Shown: positions 21,420-32,022 of the stretch, one piece after another
Layout of the letters: each line of letters begins with the position of its first letter
How positions within the stretch are numbered: position 1 is the stretch's first letter
Source of the DNA: Azolla caroliniana
Taxonomy: Eukaryota > Plantae > Polypodiophyta
Assembly (NCBI GenBank): GCA_043228905.1
Contig: JBHGNT010000002.1
Span: 23,188,001 to 23,252,000, forward strand
DNA: 64,000 nucleotides
Direction of reading: 5' to 3'
Notes under the pieces: model-generated
The model's input: the letters and a program-made list of their open reading frames with translations, nothing else
Database searches by the model: none
Told to the model about the DNA's origin: nothing
Position numbers and translations under genes: made by a program

Positions 21420-23545
21420 GTATTCGATATTGACATCCCGATCATCTAGAAAAATGGAGCAAAGAAAGCCATAGCCTCTGCAAACGAGAAGCTTTGTCGC
21501 TCCACCCGAGACAAAAATCTGGTTAGCCGATTCAGCTACAATGAATATATGGCATATCACTATGCCTTTATGATGAAGGTAGCAACAATACGGGAGACGG
21601 AAACATTATCCAAAGCCGTGAAGAACCCACAATGGGTCAACGCGATGAATGAGGAGATGTAGGCCCTACACAAAAACGAGACATGGGATCTCGTTCCCCA
21701 TTTTACACACAAGAAAGCACTCGGTTGTAGATGGATATATAAGGTAAAATACAACGTTGACGGCTCGGTAAATCGCTACAAGGCACGACTCATAGCTAAC
21801 GGATATGCTCAAACACACCAAGACCTTTGCCCAGGTGGCAAAGATGACGATTGTTCGGACAGTTACTGCTCTCGTAGCTGCAAAAGGGTGGCACCTCTGT
21901 GAGATGGACGTAAAGAACGCCTTCCTACTGAAGGCGATTTAGATGAGGCCTTCATGGTTCAACCACCCGATTTCGAATTGACGAAACACCAACAACTGTT
22001 TATCGACTCAAGAAGCCTTTATATGGCCTCAAGCAAGCACCGCGTGCTTGGCACTCGAAGATCACTCAATATCTTCACCAAATCGGCTTCCAAATGTCGA
22101 AATCGGACAACTCCTTATACATCCGAAATGAGTCGAACAACCCGGTTGATTATCTGGTCATTGGAGGAAAGGATCTCACCGAGATCAATAAGGTCAAATC
22201 ACTCCTATCCAACAGATTCAAAATGAAAGATATGCACGAGCTCCATTACTTCCTCGGTATCGAAGTAATTCGGACACCAGTCGGGACATTGATCTCTCAA
22301 CGGCACTATATCCTCAACTTACTCTACAAGTTCGGAATGACAAACTGCAAACCTATGTCTACCCCTCTCGATCGAAATCTCAAACTTGATGCCGATTCGG
22401 GAATAGAAAGTGTGAGCCGACTCAATATCGTCAACTGATCGGTAGCCCCATCTACCTAACCATCACACGAGCCGACCTCAGCTATTCGGTCGGCCTACTT
22501 AGCCAATTCATGCAGACTCCTCAAAATGTTCACCTCGATTGTGCTAAGAGAGTATTTAGGTACGTCTGTGGGATGATGGAATTTGGTATCCTATACAAGT
22601 CGGATACGATCATTTGGCTCGAAGGGTACACAGATGCAGACTGGGCCTATTATAAGGCCAATAGAGGATCGACTTCTGGATTCGTTTACTCCCTCGGCAG
22701 TGGAGCGATCTCCTAGAGCAGCAAGAAACAACCGACAATTGCACTATCTAGCACGGAGGCCAAAGACTGTCGTCGCATGCAAAGTATTATGGCTCAAACG
22801 TATCCTGAAGGATCTGGGCGTACCCATGAAGGATCTGATTCGCCTATACTACGACAACATGAGCAGTATCTACCTAGCTCGGAACCCCGTGTTCCATGCG
22901 CAGACCAAGCATATCGAAGTACACTATCACTTTATCCACGAGCGCGTATAGGCCGGAGATGTCGACCTATAGCACCTCAACACAAATCTTCAAGTGGTCG
23001 ACATCTTCACAAAAGCCCTGGGTATCAACAAGCTACAACAGTTCGCGACGAACCTTGGTCTCTCGATCACTGACCAGCTGCACTTTAGGGGGGGTATAGT
23101 AGCAGCCAATGCCGAACAGTAACCGACCAGTCGATCGAAGCCGACCAGAGGGGTCGAAGTACGAACAAACCAAAAAACGAAAACCGAAATCGAAAACGAA
23201 CAACCGAATCAAAGTATTTTGAAGACTGAACCAAAACAACTTTTCAGCATCCAAAATTGTGTTCGAAGGGTCGTGTTGAGAATCGAACTCAACTTTCCAT
23301 AGGGACAATGTTCACACTAGTCAATGGACAACTTACTATGGTAGATTTGTAATTAGTAGAAAGGGCATTTGCCATAGAATAGTTGGTATTTAAACCAACC
23401 TTTTGTAACTGAGTATCTGTTGGATGTAATATATAGACTTCTTGTTTAGAGCTCTCTCCCTTTCTCTCTGTTGCTTCACGTGCAAATTCCTTTTCTTTAT
23501 TTTGTAGTTTCGATTCAATATTATTTATCGTTTCGGCCTTCTACA
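21420..23545 (+). mobile_element. Ty1/copia remnant (different family): degenerate RT-RNaseH, PPT and 3' LTR
   Basis: AMNEEM..ETWDLVP, YFLGIEV, GYTDADWA, NPVFHAQTKHIEVHYHFI; PPT AGGGGGGG 23087-23094; LTR TATAG(TGTAG)..CTACA 23095-23545. Confidence 0.88.
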
Positions 23546-24365
23546 ATTTGAACTAGAATCTTTTCCTATTTCTCTTTTTAAAACTTGCCAAGATTTTCTC
23601 ATAAGGAGTTCCTTGATAGCCAAAACATATGCATATTTTACCAGAGCTTCAATGGCCCAGGCCCCACACCCAAATTTTTAGCATTAAAGCAAGAGGATTA
23701 GAGATTACTTGGAAACAGTCAACAAATGACTATCGAGAAGACATTAAAATAAGAGGAGTTATGTCAACTTAAGGTCTCTTCGTCTCAACTAGAGTTGTGT
23801 CTCCTTGTGAAGATCATATGTTGGCACTAGACCTTTCTATACCCACTTGAGACAAGTAAAGCAAGAGCCATTGTCGTGTACTCTCAAGCAGTTGACCTAA
23901 TATACTCGCTTTTGTCAAAATTATATCTTATCTAAGAAACACATTCATGGCTCTTTAAGGCTTAAGCTTTATTAAGACAAGTAAATAAGAACATGAGAAA
24001 ATGAGCTAACTATGTTTCAATTAGTTAAGATTACATACAATGGAGATTAGTGTTTAGCGCTCAATGAGAATTTAACACAAATATTTGAGACTGAGTGAAA
24101 GATAAAGAGGGATATTGGGGGTTACAACATAATCGGAATATGGGTAATGCTTTCATGTTCAATGTTAAGAAGTTTAAAGACATTCTTGACATGTGGAATT
24201 TTCGGATATTGCAACACATAGTGATCATTTCCTCAAATGCATATTAAAGTTTTTCAATGTATATACACGTTGTCCCTTTGACTACATAGGTAATGAGGGC
24301 TAAGAAGTTTTGTTAAAGGGTTTTACATACAATTTATATAATTGTGTGCTTTACCAAGAGAAAGA

Positions 24366-24367
<2 letters not shown>

Positions 24368-24423
<56 letters not shown>
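24368..24423. repeat. (AG)n microsatellite
   Basis: Direct reading. Confidence 0.95.
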
Positions 24424-24424
<1 letters not shown>

Positions 24425-24631
24425 TGGATGTAGCTTAGTTGGTAAGGTTGCCCAATGGAGCCCAGGTGGTCATGGGTTCAACCCCTACATTCCACAATGG
24501 CATAGACTAGTGTAGAGAGAGAGAGAGAGAGAGACACCCCAGATGGATGTAGCTCAGTTGGTAAGGTTGCCCAATGGAGACCAGGTGGTCATGGGTTCAA
24601 CCCCTACATTCCACAATGGCATAGACTAGTG
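24422..24631 (+). repeat. Two tandem ~90-bp tRNA-derived (SINE-head-like) units separated by (AG)n
   Basis: Units 24422-24512 and 24541-24631: A box TAGCT(T/C)AGTTGG, B box GGTTCAACCC, class I tRNA spacing, anticodon stem unpaired. Confidence 0.8.
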
Positions 24632-24649
24632 AATTAAGAGATATAGAGA

Positions 24650-24722
24650 GGTGAGGAAGTTGGGTTTCGAACCCATAATGCAGTGCTTGAGGTGCTAACA
24701 ACTTACAACTAGGGTAAGGTAA
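24650..24722 (-). other. Degenerate tRNA-like unit, convergent with the tandem pair
   Basis: Minus strand TACCCTAGTTG..ATGGGTTCGAAACCCA (B box within a T-arm stem). Confidence 0.55.
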
Positions 24723-25635
24723 TTACGATAAAAGAGACAGAGACAGAGAATACCATTTCAAAATGTGTTGATTGATGTGCTTGTAATCTTATTAAAACAA
24801 TCACTACTTGTGAGCATATGGTAGAGGTCCCAATATTGGGATGCCTCCCACACTTGTCTCTTATGACTTTTCATCATTCGCATTTCTTTGCAAGCTTGTA
24901 TTGAGGTAATAGTTCCACTAAGTCGAGATACTTTAAGTAGTCTATATAATTCATTGCAATCCTCATCATACAATCTATTTTGTGGTGTAGACCCTCCTCT
25001 ACCTTGCTTGGAGTGTTTTATGTGTGTAAAACTACGAATCGTTGTAGAGTGAAGGATGTGTGTGACTTATGTAGTAAGATTATCTAAAGGCAAGGAAGAA
25101 TCAAGAGATGATAGATTAGCTCAAACATGTCTAGAGTATATGTCAAAGAGATTATGTGTGAAATGTATGGTGGTGTGATGGCTCAGTTGACTAGAGTTGG
25201 TGGTGTTGGAGATATCGCTCTATAGCTCAAAATATAGGAAGTTATGGTTGACCCCAACAGGGCATGGGGTCACCTAAAAGGAGTTAATCATGTGGATAAC
25301 TTCATGGCATCCTATTAGATAGTGGATTGTGCTTTCACCTACTCCATGCAGAAAACATGTGATTCGGTGCCTACTTCCAAATTCAAGCATATGATGGCCA
25401 AAGCTTGTGGCATCCACACCTTGGTCTTTCGATATACATGTGATGCCTATAGCAAAGGGATCAACACTCAACACTTCCCTGTTTTTATCCATATGAAAGA
25501 TTGTGCATTGTCTGAATTGGGTTCTCGGATTGAAATCTCCGACAAGAAAGAGTTTCCCTTGAGAAGAGTATCATATTGTCATTCGATTAAAGTTCGTATG
25601 GGAAGGCCTATGTGTCACGACACCGTGACATGAAA

Positions 25636-25710
25636 TACATAGTTGGTGAGGATTGAACCTGCAACCTCACATCAACAAGTTGTCATACTCAACCATTTTG
25701 ATATGAACAT
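25636..25710 (-). promoter_or_regulatory. tRNA-like A/B-box module in U3
   Basis: Minus strand TATCAAAATGG..GAGGTTGCAGGTTCAATCC; B box mutated in the 3' LTR copy. Confidence 0.62.
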
Positions 25711-26469
25711 GCATTTATATATAATAGTTTAATATTCTATAGTCTAGCATATAACACATTTCAGAATCATAATATTTTAATCGTTAGTATATTCTAGAAA
25801 TATTATATGGTATATTCTAGAAGGGTATATTCTAGAGATATTCAATCTCGGAACTTGTATAAATACTTGTAACCTCCTTGGTCCCTTTAAGGGATTCAAT
25901 AACAATCATTGACACATCAATCTAGTATTCTTGTTCCATTCCATCTTGTCACGTTCTTCATCTTTGTCTTCATGCTCTCCATAGCTTCCCAAGTTCATAT
26001 TCCCATCACTCACAACTACTAGAGTTCCTAGCCTCACCATGACTAGTTCCATGTTTTTCATCCATGCTCTGTCGTAGTCTGCGGTTGGTGTGTCCGTGAC
26101 AGTTTGAATCCCTTTCAACTGGAAACATCACCCATCTTCATCATTGCCCTTGCTTCTAGAGTTACCATCATCATCGTTGTTGCTTCCATGAGAGTTACCA
26201 TCATCAACATCCTTGGTTTTAGAGACGCCATCATCACCATAGTCATAGTTGTTCCTTCTAGAGATGTTTCCTCATCATCATTGTCTTCACTGCCTTGTCT
26301 TCACCATCATCATTTTTTAGCACCTCTTCTTGTCTTCATCAATGCTACGTCGCCCAACCTTCATCATCATCAACACTACTTTTCATGATCTTTCAATATC
26401 GTTATTGTTCCACCCTCTTCATTGTCATTGTCATCATCTATAGGTATGATTTTGCATCACGATTTTGGC

Positions 26470-26815
26470 GAAGATTGATTTTCGATCGCTCACCTTCACT
26501 ATTCCGGTGGGGGTTACAACCACTCACTTTCATGTTGGGGAGCAAATCATTGCTCACTTGCACTCCATTTTCATTTCGGTTGAAGTTTCACTCCACTTTC
26601 CTTTGGCGATGATTGATTTCGATCGCTCACCTTCACAGTTCCGGTGGGGGTTACAACCGCTCACTTTCCTTGTGGGGATCGAATCATTGCTCGCTTGCAC
26701 TCCATTTTCATTTTGGTCCACATTTCGCTCCACTTTCTTTTGATGAGGATCAATTTTGATCAACCACCTTCTAGTTCTTGTGGAGGTTACCACCGCTCAC
26801 TTTCTTGGTGGGGGT
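26470..26815 (+). repeat. ~137-bp tandem repeat, ~2.5 copies
   Basis: GATTT(T)CGATCGCTCACCTTCAC..TTCCGGTGGGGGTTACAACC recurs at ~26478, ~26615, ~26752. Confidence 0.8.
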
Positions 26816-26929
26816 CACGTCGGTTTCTCACTAGTGCTACCGTTTGTACCATTTCTGCTATGTTTTGCACATCGGTTTCCCTCTCGTGATAGAAGAAGTT
26901 GAGTCAACCGCTTCACCTATACTCCTTCG

Positions 26930-27285
26930 CCCGTTGTTGTTCCAGTTCCCCGTGAAGACCGCACATGGTCGCTCACGTCCGTTGGTGTTCATGTCTCTAG
27001 TGAGGACCGCACATGGTCACTCACACCCGGTGGTGTTCCAGTTCCTTGTGAGGACCGCACATGGTTGCTCACATCCATTAGTGTTCGTGTCTCTGGTGAG
27101 GACCAGCCATGGTCACTCATGTCCGTTGGATTTCATGTCTCTGGTGAGGACCGCACATGGTCGCTCACGCCCATTAGTGTTCGTGTCTCCAATGAGGACA
27201 ACACATGGTCACTCACATTCGTTGGTCGTCCAGTCTCCAGTGAGGACAACACATGGTTGCTCATACCCGTTGATGCTCCAATTCC
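26930..27285 (+). repeat. 48-bp minisatellite, 7 copies
   Basis: GTGAGGACCGCACATGGTC unit starts at 26952, 27000, 27048, 27096, 27144, 27192, 27240. Confidence 0.92.
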
Positions 27286-28626
27286 CGTTCACCCTTACAC
27301 CACGCTTTCGAAAAGTCAGTCGTAAAGGGGAGGATAATGTCACGACACAATGACATCAAATACATAGTTGATGAGGATTATATTTGCAACCTCACATCAA
27401 CAAGATGTCATGCTCAACCATTTTGATATGAGCATGTATTTTTATATAAAAGTTTAGTAGTCTAACATATAGTACATTTCAAAATCAAAATATTCTAGTT
27501 GTATGGTATATTCTAGAGCTATTCAATCTCAGAACTTGTATAAATACTTGTAACCTCTGTTGTCCCTTCCAAGGGATTCAACACCAGTCATTGACAGATC
27601 AATCTAGTATTCTCATTGCATGCCATATTTTCTCCTTCTTCTTCATATTTGTCTTTATGCTCTCAAGTTAACCCTAGCTTCTTATGTTCATAGTCTTGTC
27701 ACCCACAGCTTCTAGAGTTCCTAGCCTTGTCACTTCCAGTTCCACTTATCGGTCGTAGCCTCATCATCCATGCTCCACCATAGTCCATGGTTGGTGTGTC
27801 CTTGATCAGCTAATCTCACCTCTCCATCCATATTATAACGTGATCCTTTTGGGGAAAAGTAACAAATGGCAATAAGATTGTACTACTTAGTCCTTCGTGA
27901 TGAGGACTCTGATCCACATAAAACGGGCGTTTGGATTTGTTCGTAGTTACATTTCTTTCTTACTATATAGCTCTCTTCAAAACAATATTGCAACACCTCC
28001 AAATCTTCTTGTAATATGTCCAAGTGAAGTTTGTCTATTTGGGCTCAAGTGCGTCTTTACTATGAAAAGTATATTTGATATCTCTATAATCTCGTCTAAT
28101 CAGCCAAGGTCTATCCAAAATGCATCATTACAATTCCATAGGGTCATCTTGTTTTTTATCATTTGTCCCATGGGTCATGCATCGTCAATTAATGGCGTGA
28201 TCATTTATTGTCACTCGTCCGGAAAGAGAGAGACACAAAAGCCCTACCATATTGAGAAGTAAGGGTGTGGATAATCAACATCAAAAAGAGGCGTGTGGTT
28301 GTTGATCGTTGGGAGTTTACATCGAAACTCAAGGATCTTCTTCTTCTTCTTCTTTTCCACAACATATTTGTTGTCATATAGTTTCATTTATTGATTCACC
28401 ATGAAATTTAGGATTCTTAGTTTATATTTTATTTTCTAGAATTTTAACATCGTTGTAATCATTTACCCAACAACTTGTAATCACTATTTTATAAACTTGG
28501 GAATTTCTTCCTTAATCTAGCATTTCTAGAATGAATATTGTAAAACCAATTCGTAATCTCAAGATTTTTGGGTCAATTACGTGTTAATCTCACGCATAAT
28601 TCACTGTTTTGATCGTTGCTTCGTTT

Positions 28627-28768
28627 GACTTTGGGCTACCTTCAATTCTAGGTTATCTTTGAGTCTAGCCTACCTTCGAATCTAGCCTAACTTTGACTCT
28701 AGGCTACCTTCGAGTTTAGACTACCTTCGACTTTGGGCTATCTTTGACTTTGGCCTACCTTCGACTCT
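28627..28768 (+). repeat. 17-bp minisatellite, ~8 copies, within an unclassified ~600-bp insert in the LINE
   Basis: Unit GACTYTRGGCTACCTTC. Confidence 0.85.
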
Positions 28769-29563
28769 AATAATCATTTTACAGTGATGAGCCTTCAAGT
28801 CAACCATCCTCTCTAGTTCAAGTCCCCAATGGTCCAGCTCAAGTAGCACACGTACGCACCTAACTTCATGATGTCGTCTTACGATGAACAATTTGCATCT
28901 TGGTGAGGTCTTCATCCAGGTAGATAGGGTCCCCTCTTAGTCCTTGGAGAATTAGTCTCTTCTTAAAAAAGGCCAGTCTAAAATTCCAAGTCTTTAAATT
29001 AAAGGACTAGGGCGTTCTTTCTAGTATTGTCACTCATGGCCCTTGAGGTTTTAGTGATAGGTATGGCCACTATATACCCTAACATTTTCCTGAGTGTTTG
29101 CGCATCTTCATCAAGAGATGCACACCTTCCTTGAGTCTGGTGATACGTACATTTACTAGGTGTTGTGCTCGACACATTTCTCTTCCTCAAGGAGAGTGTT
29201 TACAATATTTTCTTCTTTTATTTATTTTTTAATGTTTCATTTTACTACATCCACCCATCCTGTTTTAGCTAGTTCCATGTCATTTTTAACTTCCTCCTTA
29301 ACTTTTTTTATCTCTTCCTAAATATCTTCCAAAGAGGATATTTCGCCATCTTCCCTAAATACCTTGAAGTTATGGATTTATTTTGAGGCTGATGTTTAGG
29401 GAAAAGTGTGCATATTTGATCACTTTTATCACTTGTACCCAGCGCCCCGTCTCACATTGCAATGCATGTGAGCTAGGTCTCATGGAATCAATGGTTTGAA
29501 TGACAGACAACATGATGGGATCTAACATGTATCAATGTGTGTGGTTTCCCCATTCCACAAAGA

Positions 29564-29568
<5 letters not shown>

Positions 29569-29616
<48 letters not shown>
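29569..29616. repeat. (AG)n microsatellite
   Basis: Direct reading. Confidence 0.95.
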
Positions 29617-29617
<1 letters not shown>

Positions 29618-31547
29618 GCAAAGTTGGGAGATGTTGGAGAAGGACAAACACTATTTTTTATGTATCTTCTTGCTACGTTGTCTGTTTCCTTTGTTCTTTG
29701 GCTCTTTTCGAAGCGTGCGCATAGTGCTTTCTAAATAGTATTTGCACGTATCATTTGGTAGTCTTGGTAGAACGTTACGAGTAAAATTTCCATTCGGTTG
29801 CATGCATCTCATGATCGCTTGCTTTGATTCCTTCTCCAACACAATTACTTGTAAGTGAGCTCTCTCCTATTTCTTGTCATATGGATGGTAGTGTTTTCAT
29901 GAATATGGACGAGTCTCCAAATTCTTCAAAGGATGCATGCATGGTTGAGTCAGTATCGAGCCCAAGAGGGGATGGTAAAGAAAACGATGTATTAGACATA
30001 ATAGTAATGACATGTCTTATGTTGATGCAATGTGACAAGATGATATTGAGAAAGATGATAGTCATTGGGAACATTTAATATGCATGGCAAATATATTAAT
30101 GGAAGATTGTACAAGGGAGAATGTAAAAGTTGTTAAGGAGTTTGTTGACGATGAAGTGGCTAAGGTAGAAATAGACAATTAAAGGAGTTTTTGGGCTCAT
30201 TTGCTAATTTTTGTGATAAAGGGGTCATATTGTTTTTCACGGGGAACATACCTTTCCTTTTGAGGGTCAAACAATGGTTATGTGGGATTTTACAAGTTGA
30301 TTGTGTTCAAGATGTTTATGTCGGTCGTTGTGGATTTTATGAGGTTGTTTTGGTATCCCAAGAGTATAAAGAGAAATTACTCAATAAATTGCCAATTTTT
30401 TATGAGAAAAGTTTGGTTCATATTGTTCTGTGGAGGCCACTAGTGGAATACCAAGATATATTAAAGCAAGATTGTCCCGTATGGGTTGAGGTAGAGTGCA
30501 CATATTCAGTGGTTTGGCCAATATTACGATCAACGATGGAAAAGTTGGGAAAGATCTTGGTGCCTCCTAGTGTTAATGCTCAAAATCTATATCGAATGTG
30601 TATTCTTTGGAATACTGTTATAAAGAGGCCAAGTTGTTTATAGATTGCATGCTCTAGTATGCCACCTATGTATTTTCAACTTAAATGGGGTACATTTGCA
30701 AGATATTGTTTCCATTGTGGTGTGTTGGGGCATTTTATGGCTGAGTGTCCTCAAAAAAGAAATAATGTAATGGAAGTGGTACATGATAAGATTCAAATTT
30801 TGACAATTTCAAAGCAAACAAAGGAACCACAAATTGTGAATGAGAAGGATGGAAAGACTCTAGAGGATGAAGGACAATGGTCAATAGTTTCTGGAAAGAT
30901 GAAGAAGTCTAATAAGAATGTTGGGCATAATGTATCTATGGAGAAGGTCACACTAATTCAACAAACAAATCCCATGCGGATTAAACCATGGGCTCATCAA
31001 GAGGATTATCCAAAGAAATTATCATTTGATAATAAAGGTAATTTGTATGTTCCTTGGAATAAATGGAATCGGTGCTTCGTTCACATGACGAGTCATCGGG
31101 GTCTGGAGTTTTGCATTCCCATAGTAATTCATATGCAATCTTAGGGGATTTATTTTAGGATATGGGAGAAACATTAGCAGTGAAGGAGAAGGAGATTTCT
31201 CGAATAAAAGGAAAAAATAAAGTATGAAGATCACCACACGGAATGTGAGGGGATGGTGTTCTAGATTTAGAATGCATGAGGTTTGGAGGATTGTGTTAAG
31301 TGGGCAATGGGATGTTTTATGTGCAATAGAGCATAAAGATCATCGTAATATTGGTTTAATTAGTTATTCTAAAGGTTATACATTATGTTATGCTTGCAAG
31401 GTTCTTGGGGATTATTTTGGGATTGTCATGTTTATAAGAGATCAATTTCACCCAAACTTAATTGTTTCAGATGAATTTGGAAGATTTATTGTGGTAGAGA
31501 TATGTTATGAAGGGCAAGTTCTTTGGTTAGTTGGTGTGTATGCATCG

Positions 31548-31684
31548 TGTCAGGAACTCTATTAAGGCAGAGAAGGAATTAGTACTAAAAGAAGGATTAG
31601 TACTATTGTTGGGGAATAGTACTAAGGCAGAGAAGGATTAGTACTATGAGAGGTGTCGAACTTTGAGAGAAGGAATGAGTGAGT

Positions 31685-31732
<48 letters not shown>

Positions 31733-32022
31733 TGATGCGAAAGATATATGTATTATATGACGGAAGATATACAACAGTAGTTAGAAGGCTTAAGACTGGC
31801 GTTGAACCGATTTGGTTCGAACTAATGCCTTGCGCCTCCTTTTATAGTGTCTTCAGGAATACTCCTGAAGTTTCTAGAATGTTCCAGAGAAATCTGGAAT
31901 ATACATCAATTTCCTAATAAAACCTAAATGAAAATAATATCCTTCAAATTACAACTCATAACCTAATGGTAAAGTCTCGACCCGCGTAACAAAAGGTTAT
32001 GGGTTCGAGTCTAGTTATGACA
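31548..32022 (-). repeat. 3' LTR of chromovirus
   Basis: TG..CA, adjacent to PPT. Confidence 0.96.
31952..32022 (+). promoter_or_regulatory. tRNA-like Pol III A/B-box module at the U3 extremity (identical copy 37261-37331)
   Basis: TA-ACCT-AATGGTA-AAGT-C-TCGAC-CCGCGTA-ACAAA-AGGTT-ATGGG-TTCGAGT-CTAGT-TATGACA parses into class I tRNA segment lengths. Confidence 0.72.

Larger units (their letters stand above)
25613..27805 (+). mobile_element. Non-autonomous self-priming LTR element (~2.2 kb, chromovirus-type cis signals)
   Basis: LTRs 25613-26101 and 27338-~27805 (diverged); PBS TTGAATCCCTT 26104-26114 complementary to LTR 25889-25899; PPT AAAGGGGAGGATAA 27324-27337; no gag/pol motifs; right terminus and TSD lost. 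Confidence 0.82.
24740..29400 (-). mobile_element. Degenerate RTEX/CR1-like LINE (ORF1 plus endonuclease region), interrupted at 25613 and ~28250
   Basis: SKDQGVDATSFGHHMLE..GESTIHYLI (APE-like), QVWEASQYWDLYHM, TRKNALVL; paralogous to 40138-42250. Confidence 0.7.

Noticed and set aside
24422-24631. Functional tRNA genes
   Set aside because: A/B boxes are present but anticodon and acceptor stems do not pair in register; treated as tRNA-derived repeats.
26930-27285. CRISPR-like array
   Set aside because: Units are similar along their whole 48 bp with no unique spacers; eukaryotic context and no cas genes.
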